64,000 bases of DNA from Octopus sinensis (lineage: Eukaryota). A model generated the notes under the pieces. That model made no database searches, was not told where the DNA came from, and saw only the letters and a list, made by a program, of their open reading frames with translations. The translations under genes were made by a program, and so were the position numbers. Of this stretch, positions 55,857 through 64,000 are shown piece after piece; position 1 is the first letter of the stretch, and every line of letters starts with the position of its first letter. The stretch is taken from the NCBI RefSeq assembly GCF_006345805.1, contig NC_042999.1, positions 10,540,001-10,604,000 on the forward strand, given 5' to 3'.

Positions 55857-56962
55857 TTTCCTCATTGAGAATAATTTGAACCCCTGTGATGCCGGAATTT
55901 TTATTCCCTAATAAATAAAATATATATAGATATATAAATATATATATATATGAACATCGAAATAAATATCAATGGAAATAGTAGTTGTGATACCTGTGCC
56001 GGTGGCACATAAAAAGCACCATTCGAACGTGGCCGAAGCCAGCATCGCCTTGGCTGGCTTCCGTGCCGGTGGCACGTTAAAAGTGCCAACCGATCGTGGC
56101 CGATGCCAGACTCCCCTGGCACCTGTGCTGGTGGCAAGTAAAAACCACCCACTACACTCATGGAGTGGTTGGCATTAGGAAGAGCATCCAGCTGTAGAAA
56201 CTCTGCCTGATCAAGATTGGAGCCTCGTGCAGCTAGCGCGGAAAACGGACGTTAAACGATGATAATGATGATGATGATGATATATATAAATCACCTTCAA
56301 TTACTACAGGGTCATCTCTGTCTCATCTCCCTATTTCTCTTCACATTCTAATGAAAATTTCCCCTCTGCTTGCACCCATTGCTCACTCACCCAGTTCAGT
56401 ACTCTGTATCACTTCACCTGTATTCCCTCCACCCACTGTACATTCAGGGTATGTCCTGATATACATCTACCAACATCTCCTTAACTCTCACCATCTCTTT
56501 CTCTCCCTTCTATCTCTCCTACAGCAGGGTACCTATCTCTATCCCTTTATTATTCTTTTAACCTTTCATCAACTGTCACAAAGCCAGCTCCCTCAATGCT
56601 AGTCCCCACCATTCGAGGGGTTTTGTCCATGCCTTGCAAGTTAGTGGTTGATCCCATTGGAGTGGGGACCATGATAAAAGAACCCAGTACATTCTGTAAA
56701 ATGGTTGACATTAAGAAGGACATCCAGCCATAGAAACCCATGCCAAAAACAGACAACAGAGCCTGGCACAGCCCTCTGGCTTGCCAGCTAGGGTCAAAAC
56801 GTCCAACCTATGCCACCATGGGAAATGGATGTTTAATGGTGATATCACACACACACACACACATGGGAGCATACAGGTGCAAAACAAACGGGAGAAAATA
56901 GTACTCAAATATCAAAGGTAGGGTAAAATTTCATTTTCATTGAAGCTGAAAAAAACTTCACT

Positions 56963-57000
56963 AAGTGTTACTCAGAGTTTCACATAATTATCAGGCACTC
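56963..57000 (-). ncRNA. Degenerate minimal hammerhead-like relic
   Basis: Minus strand GAGTGC CTGATAA TTATGT GAAA CTCTGA GTA ACACTT: mutated core, collapsed stem II, near-palindromic stem III. Confidence 0.35.
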
Positions 57001-57760
57001 CTGAGTATTTGGAACAACACAATGACTTATAAGTAATTCATAAGTGTCCATAATGATCAGTCAATTGCCTTTCCATCCAACTGCATCCTCGTATTTTAGA
57101 AGGTGGTTGTCTAATCAGCTTCAAATGTTTCTGCAACGAGTTGGTAACCATGAACATTTACAGATTATTATGTTATTCTGAATACTCACGACTGCCTGAC
57201 AAATGGCTACTCTTACTCTTTACTCTTTCACTTGTTTCAGTCATTTGACTGCGGCCATGCTGGAGCACCGCCTTTAGTTGAGCAAATCGACCCCGGGACT
57301 TATTCTTTGTAAGTCCAGTACTTATTCTATCGGTCTCTTTTGCCGAACCGCTAGGTGACGGGGACATAAACACACCAGCATCGGTTGTCAAGCAATGCTA
57401 GGGGGACAAACACAGACACACAAACACACACACACACATATATATATACATATATATGATGGGCTTCTTTCAGTTTCCGTCTACCAAATCCACTCACAAG
57501 GCTTTGGTCGACCCGAGGCTATAGTAGAAGACACTTGCCCAAGGTGCCATGCAGTGGGACTGAACCCGAAACCATGTGGTTGGTAAGCAAGCTACTTACC
57601 ACACTGCCACTCCTGCACCTACGTGAAACTAAGCAACAGTTTGTGAAGTTGTTTTCAGGTTTCTAGCTTCAATAAAATCCTACACACACACACACACACA
57701 CACGGACAAGTGGACAAATGAAAGCAAAGAGCATTCAACACATTTAGTAGGAGTTACATT

Positions 57761-57916
57761 ATTATTTAAAACAGTTTTATTTGGCTCCATGCAATCTCTT
57801 ACAGAAACCCAGCTCACTTAAGACTCACTTTATCAAATCTGAGCCTGAGCTGGGTTTCTGTAAGAAGCCTGAGAATCACTGAGTTGCATGGAACCAACTC
57901 AAACTGTTTTGAATAA
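57761..57916. repeat. Imperfect fold-back inverted repeat
   Basis: TCTTACAGAAACCCAGCTCA / TGAGCTGGGTTTCTGTAAGA plus outer pairing AAAACAGTTT..CCATGCAA / TTGCATGG..AAACTGTTTT. Confidence 0.75.
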
Positions 57917-58074
57917 TATATATACATATCCCAAAATGCATGGCTATGTAGTTGAGAAGTTTGTTTTCCAGCCACTGTGTAACACCTTGAACAAGTGCTT
58001 CCTATTTTCCTATTATAACCCTTGGTGAATGAATTTGGAAGACAGAAACTGAAAGAACCTATTTTATATATGTT

Positions 58075-58106
<32 letters not shown>

Positions 58107-61100
58107 CGCGTGTGTGAATATTTTCTTCCTATTTTTGTTTTACATTTATTCCACAAAAACTCATTGGTGCCGTTTTCACTTCCGCTGTCATAACTTTGAA
58201 GACCCATGAAATAAGAGATCCCTTACTTGAAAAACAGGTCAGGAAGAGCATTTAGCTGTGAAATAATGTCTCCATAACATATTCATTTAACTTCTGCTAG
58301 TATAGTAAAACAGACAGAAACAAATGAACCACTGGTATATACTAAAATTGATTAATCTGGCAATTAGGTAACACCAGCTGACTCATTAGGTAACACCAAC
58401 TGACTCATTAGCTGAAGGAAATTGAGAAACGAAAGCTTCAGCTAAAGTAATTATTAGAGTTGTTATTATAACTCTAATCTCTCCTCCTATGCTGTAACAG
58501 CAAAAGCTGCCCTCAACCAGATAAACTGCACCAAATGGAGGAGTCATGTGCCTGTACAAGAAGTGCGACTCCACAGTTGTGTGGACAGTAATACACAACC
58601 TTTAATTTCAGAGCTATTGTGACTCTAACAGTTCTTTTGTTGAGACAACAAAACTTTACTTGAATTATGAAGCAAGTGCAAAATGATTAACAGTTTAACG
58701 AGATATCAGATGACTTAGAGGAATCTGAAAAGGTAGCATAACGAGCAACCGTTAATCCTGTTTTGAAAATGTGCCACTGGCAGCTGAACAGTAATACAAC
58801 AGGTGATTCCGAAGAACATGGACTAATTAATATTCCACACAGGTGGTAGTTTCAGATGGAAAATGTATTAATTCACAGACAGCAAATATAGAATATTCCT
58901 TGAACAAAGACATTGTTTTAAGGACAATAACAATTAAAAAAACATAATTCAACAATCTTTAAGTTAAGAGGGGCCCTAAGACATGCCGATTGTCTTTAAT
59001 TTGCAAAGTTCTTCACTGGCAATGGTAACCTTTATTCAGACATGTTCTCATTGTAAAAACCTAACTTCTGTTTAGGAACATAGTCAAAGAGGAACATGAA
59101 TAAAATTCTAACCAATGATACAGCAGTTTGGTACAGAAAAAGAAAAATATTGAGAGAAAGGGGTAGGGTGGCGTGGCAGATATAAGAATGAGCTTGTATT
59201 TTCTGAGTCTAGAATTGTAAAAATGTACTTTGTGTGGATATCCTGTGAAGAAAGATACAAAAGGCTTATCCAAATGCAGAAAGCTCAATGATGAATGTTA
59301 GTGAAAGCTTGGATTCAACAAGATTTCAAAACAAAAATACAACAGAGTACAGAAAAATCAATGTAAGAGAAATAATATCTTGTTTACTGATTTCTTCCCA
59401 TAAATATCAATAACCAATAGGTTTGCTGTGTGAATTAGTTTTTTGATTCATTGTTTCAGAAATTTTAAAAAGCACCCAATACACTCGCGGAGTGGTTGGC
59501 GTTAGGAAGGGCATCCAGCTGTAGAAACACTGCCAGATCTGACTGGAGCCTGGTGCAGCCCCTCGCTTCCCAGACCCCGGTCGAACCATCCAACCCGTGC
59601 TAGCGCGGAAAACAGACGTTAAACGATGATGATGACAACATTAAAAGTAGGGGTCATAGGGAGATGTAGAATTTTTATCCATCATGAAATTTATCAAAAA
59701 GAAGTGATGACAACTGAAAATCTGCACTTTAGATGTGCAACCCAATAACCAATATCATCATCATCATCATCATCATTGTTTCTATGTCCACTTTTCCATG
59801 CTTGCATGAGTCAGACAGAATTAATGGAAGCAGATTTGCAAGAGACAGACACCCTTCCTGTTGCTAACCCTTTCCTGTTTTCAAGCAAGATAATATTTCC
59901 CAAGGCTGGACATGTTTTTAAGAAGACTGGAATTGAAGGGCTGCTTGTATGATGATAAAGCTTGTTCTGTGACTACTGTGTAAAGTCACAACAAAGAGTC
60001 ACCCCTACTCCATTCACACACACTCTCTCTCTCTCTTTTATACAAAGTGGTGAGGAAGGATCTTTAGATGCTGGGCCTCACTGAGAAAATGACAAGGGAC
60101 CAGGGATTGTGGTGATTTGCTATACTTGAGAAGATGTGTCAAGCTAAGTAAAACCGCTGTCCTCCATACATGGAGGCACGTAAAAAGCAACCAGCACACT
60201 GTGTAAAGTGGTTGGTGTCAGGAAGGGCATCCAGCCATAGAAACCATGCCAAAGCAGACAGTTGGAGTCTGAAAAGCTCCATGTCAAAACATTCAACCCA
60301 TGCCAGCACGGAAAGCAGATGTTAAATGATGATGAGATATAACGTAGTTCTCATGGAGATTCAGTGTGACACACGGAATGCGACAAGGCTGGCTCCCGTG
60401 AATTACAGGTACAACTCATTTTTACCAGCTAAGTAAACTGAGGCAATGTGAAATAAAGTGTCTTGCTCAAGAACACAATGCATCACCAGAAATTGAACTT
60501 GCGACCTTATGAGCGTGAGCCAAATACCATTAACCACTAAGCCATGCACCTTCACTCTACAATCAAACACAACCAATTTATTCTTTTATTTGTTTCAGTC
60601 ACGTGACTGCGGCCATGCTGGAGCACCACCTTTAGTCGAACAAATCAACCCCAAAACTTATTCTTTGTAAGCCTAGTACTTATTTTATCAGTCTCTTGTG
60701 CTGAACCACTAAGTTACAGGGACGTAAACACACCAGCATCAGTAGTCAAGTGATGATGAGGAGACAGACACAGATACACACACACACGACAAGCTTCTTT
60801 CAGTTTCCGTCTACTAAATCCACTTACAAAGCTTTGGTTGGCCCAAGGCTATAGTAGAAGACACTTGCTCAAGGTGCCACACCGTGGGACTGAACCTACA
60901 ATACACACACAACTCCTTTCAGTTTCCATCTACTAAATCCACTCACAAAGCTTCAGTCCAGGGTCAAAGCACCACCACACACTGGTAGTGAACCTGTAAT
61001 CATATGGTTAGAAGCAAATTTCTTACCACATAGCCACACATGTGTTAACAATTTATAAACATTATCATAGAAATCCTGGCAGAAATTTTCTCCATATATT

Positions 61101-61829
61101 ATTGCTCGTTTCATGAATAAAATATTTATTATGGAATTAATTATGAAATACAAATTTAAAAATAACGAACACTGACAAATAAGCTTGATTTATTTTAAAG
61201 AGTGATTAAAAGGTGAAAATGAAGAGACACATGTCACCTTTTAATTAATGCATTAAGAGCGATCGTTTTACATTGTATGACTAAGCTAAGTATGTATGAT
61301 GAATAAAAATAATTTCTAACAAGTATCTATTGAATTACAAGCTTGGTGAGGTAAGGGTTTAAATAAATATGGGACCTGAGACTATATGAGATGAAATGGA
61401 GAAGAAGGCAAGAATCGTAGAGGAAAAACTAGAAGCTATATATGATGTAAGATGATCCGGGAGAGAAGCTGTGGCTGATAGTATTTAAGAATGAAGCCCT
61501 GTTCTACAGCAAGCAATTGAAAAGGGAACTGAAGAAAGAACACAAACATTCTTAAGTCTCGAGGAGGCAGGCATGACAAGAATGAAACAAAGATTTTCAT
61601 TTACCGAGATATACTTAGACATGTTCTTTTAACCTCATTAAGAAAAAAATATTCATTCTGAATTAACAAGTAAACTTAAATATAAAATAGTTTAAATAAC
61701 TTCATAAAAAAGACTATAATGAAGAGAAACAAATGTTTAGAATAACTAAATAAATGATATTTATATAAAAAAAAAAAATCACAGATTATGATATAAAAAA
61801 ATATTAAAAAAAAACAAAAAAAAACTTAC

Positions 61830-61919
61830 AATACATCTCTTTAAATAATCGGGCATTTTAAAATTGATGGCAACAGTATTACCAACCAAGTGGCATGCGG
61901 GTGAATTCTTACAGAGCAT
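61830..61919 (-). CDS. Possible alternative first coding exon of ARHGAP39 (MLCKNSPACH...MPDYLKRCI)
   Basis: Strong ATT|GTAAGT donor in phase 0, compatible with the exon at 44593. ATGs at 61919 and 61856 with an in-frame stop upstream; unique non-repetitive sequence. No homology evidence. Confidence 0.3.
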
Positions 61920-63145
61920 CTTCGGTGTGATGTTAAATGTGAGGCAGACTGTACATGAACTTAGTGTGTCGGTAGGTAGGTGAAGGGTTTGGTAAGTTAG
62001 CAACAACGCAGTAGCAACAGCAACAGAAACTTAAGACACTCTCTTCTTCGAGGCTGGTTGTTTCACGGCACCTGAATTAGTAGTCTTTGCATTTGGAGCT
62101 GAAGAGATTCCACAACATTTATTTGTTGTTGAGATCCACAACATGCACATTCCTTCACTTTTGCTATCTGAGTTCTTTGTTTTTTGAGTGTCTACTAGTG
62201 TCTGCTTCTACACTGGAAGAAGGAGCAGGAGGTGCTATCAAGATGCAAATGTATCAGCTGTAAGACGGAATGACCTATTCTCACTAGAGGGGAGGTAAGG
62301 AAGAGTTCACGCAAGTGAAGTGTACAGCCATCTCAGTGATAAGTGTTTGTAAACAACAACAACACCAGTTTGAAATGTGTGAACCAAAATTATTATCTAC
62401 AACTCAACAACATTTAATGTGGTCATCACTGACTAATAGTTGCTAAAAGATGCACTGGTTTTATACACAATAAACAGATTGAGAAATTATTGATAATATT
62501 TTTCTTCACAAATTAAATTGCAATAATTCAAAAATAAAAATTATTTGTGTAGTTTATTAAAAAAAAAAAATTCTGTCTAAAAATAGTTTCTGAAAACTTA
62601 AAAAAATAAGTGTTCTAAAGACAAAATAAAATTCTAATTTTATGAACAGGAACACCCAGCCAAACATCTGATTTATTTAAAATTTTATGATTAGAAAAAT
62701 GGAAAATATATTTTTTAGTAAATAAAAGAAATTTTCACTTATTCACATCAACAAAGATTATTTAAAACAAAAATTCATCTTCTAGGATTCACTGATATAA
62801 ATGTATATACAACAGTCCCAAGAAATGTCACACAAATTCTTTATGAATTAAGTTTCTGAGACAAGAAACACCTCCCCCACCCCACCTCACAAAAAGAAAA
62901 AAAAGCTCCCCCCACAAAAAAAAACTGCAAAAAACCTCCACTTTTTTGCTGTAGGTTCTAATATTGAAAACATCAGAGTGTTATAATGTGTGTGTGTGTG
63001 TGTGGAGACAGGATGACTGGTTTAAAAGCTCCATTTGAAACTACATGGTTCCAGTTTCAATCCTCAGGCAAGTGACTTCTACTATAGCCCTGGGATGACC
63101 AATACCTTGTAAGTAAATATGGTAGGCAGAAACTGTGTAGAAGTC

Positions 63146-63183
<38 letters not shown>

Positions 63184-64000
63184 ATGCGCACGCAAATGGG
63201 TGTCTTTGTGTTCGCCCCCACCCCACTACTTGACAACTGGTGGTGGTTTGTTTATGTTCCTCAAAACTTAGCAGTTCATAGAAAGAGACTGATAGACTAA
63301 GTAGCAGACTTGGGGGTGGGGATATAAACCACAAACACAGGTGTGATTTATTCAACCAAATCTTTCAAGGTGATGCTCCAGCATGGCTTCAGTCCAGTGA
63401 CTGAAACAATTAAAAGGTATATTTTAAAGTTTCTAAACTTATTTTTAGAAATCTTGATAACTAAGACACCCTGTGGAAGCATATTCAGATTATTTAAGTC
63501 AGCAGCAACTTTCGAAATTTCATTTTTCAGCAAAATAATTATTAAAAAAAAGAAATAGATAAAAAACTTATTTTCATTTGAATATTTTGTTATCTGTAAT
63601 TTAGGATTATTTGAAATATCAAGTTACAAGAACTAGTTTAGAAAAATAAATTCAGACTTTTTACAGCAGTTTATGAAAGATTGGATCGGTTGAAAAGCTA
63701 GCAGTTAAGGCCTAGTTAAACACATACATTACTAATGAGCTTATTGTATACAGTGCTCAGGTACACTACAGCAATATAATAGAATCATTTGCATATATGG
63801 AAAGAATGTAGTTGGTAAAAGGAAGAAGGTTTTAAACTCTGTGAAAACAGGCCAAGATGAATAATCCTGGAAACGGATGCCAGCATTATAACGATAACGG
63901 ATTAGGTCTGATGTAAGTGGTCACTTAATAACACTCCCAGAGTTCTGGTAATATTTGACAGATAATAGCCTTTTTAAAAACAAAAATGATATAAGCATGT

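Noticed and set aside
58362-58410. 22-bp tandem duplication (ATTAGGTAACACCARCTGACTC x2)
   Set aside because: Simple local slippage; no further structure.

Overview
Eukaryotic, AT-rich, repeat-dense DNA. The SINE families, RTE fragments and (TA)n/(CA)n load point to an octopus (cephalopod) genome; this is inferred from repeat content, not confirmed. Two genes converge tail-to-tail. On the + strand are the last four coding exons of an HPS3 (BLOC-2 subunit) orthologue (1-7335). On the - strand are eight coding exons of ARHGAP39/Vilse covering the MyTH4 and RhoGAP domains (44593 down to stop at 25960); its N-terminal WW region appears to lie outside the window. Exon phases were checked by hand. 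Most notable: (1) one ARHGAP39 intron is a textbook AT-AC U12-type minor-spliceosome intron; (2) a candidate 8-nt poison microexon sits in the loop of a near-perfect 128-bp inverted repeat inside ARHGAP39; (3) several degenerate minimal hammerhead-ribozyme motifs and an inverted GIY-YIG fragment point to Penelope-like elements as a source of intronic fold-backs; (4) a decayed RLE-type (HERO-like) non-LTR retrotransposon is bracketed by a 63-bp direct repeat; (5) a 2-kb 18-bp minisatellite shows higher-order structure. Many SINE, LINE, pogo, hAT, Tc1/mariner, piggyBac and Helitron remnants are present. Repeat boundaries are approximate.
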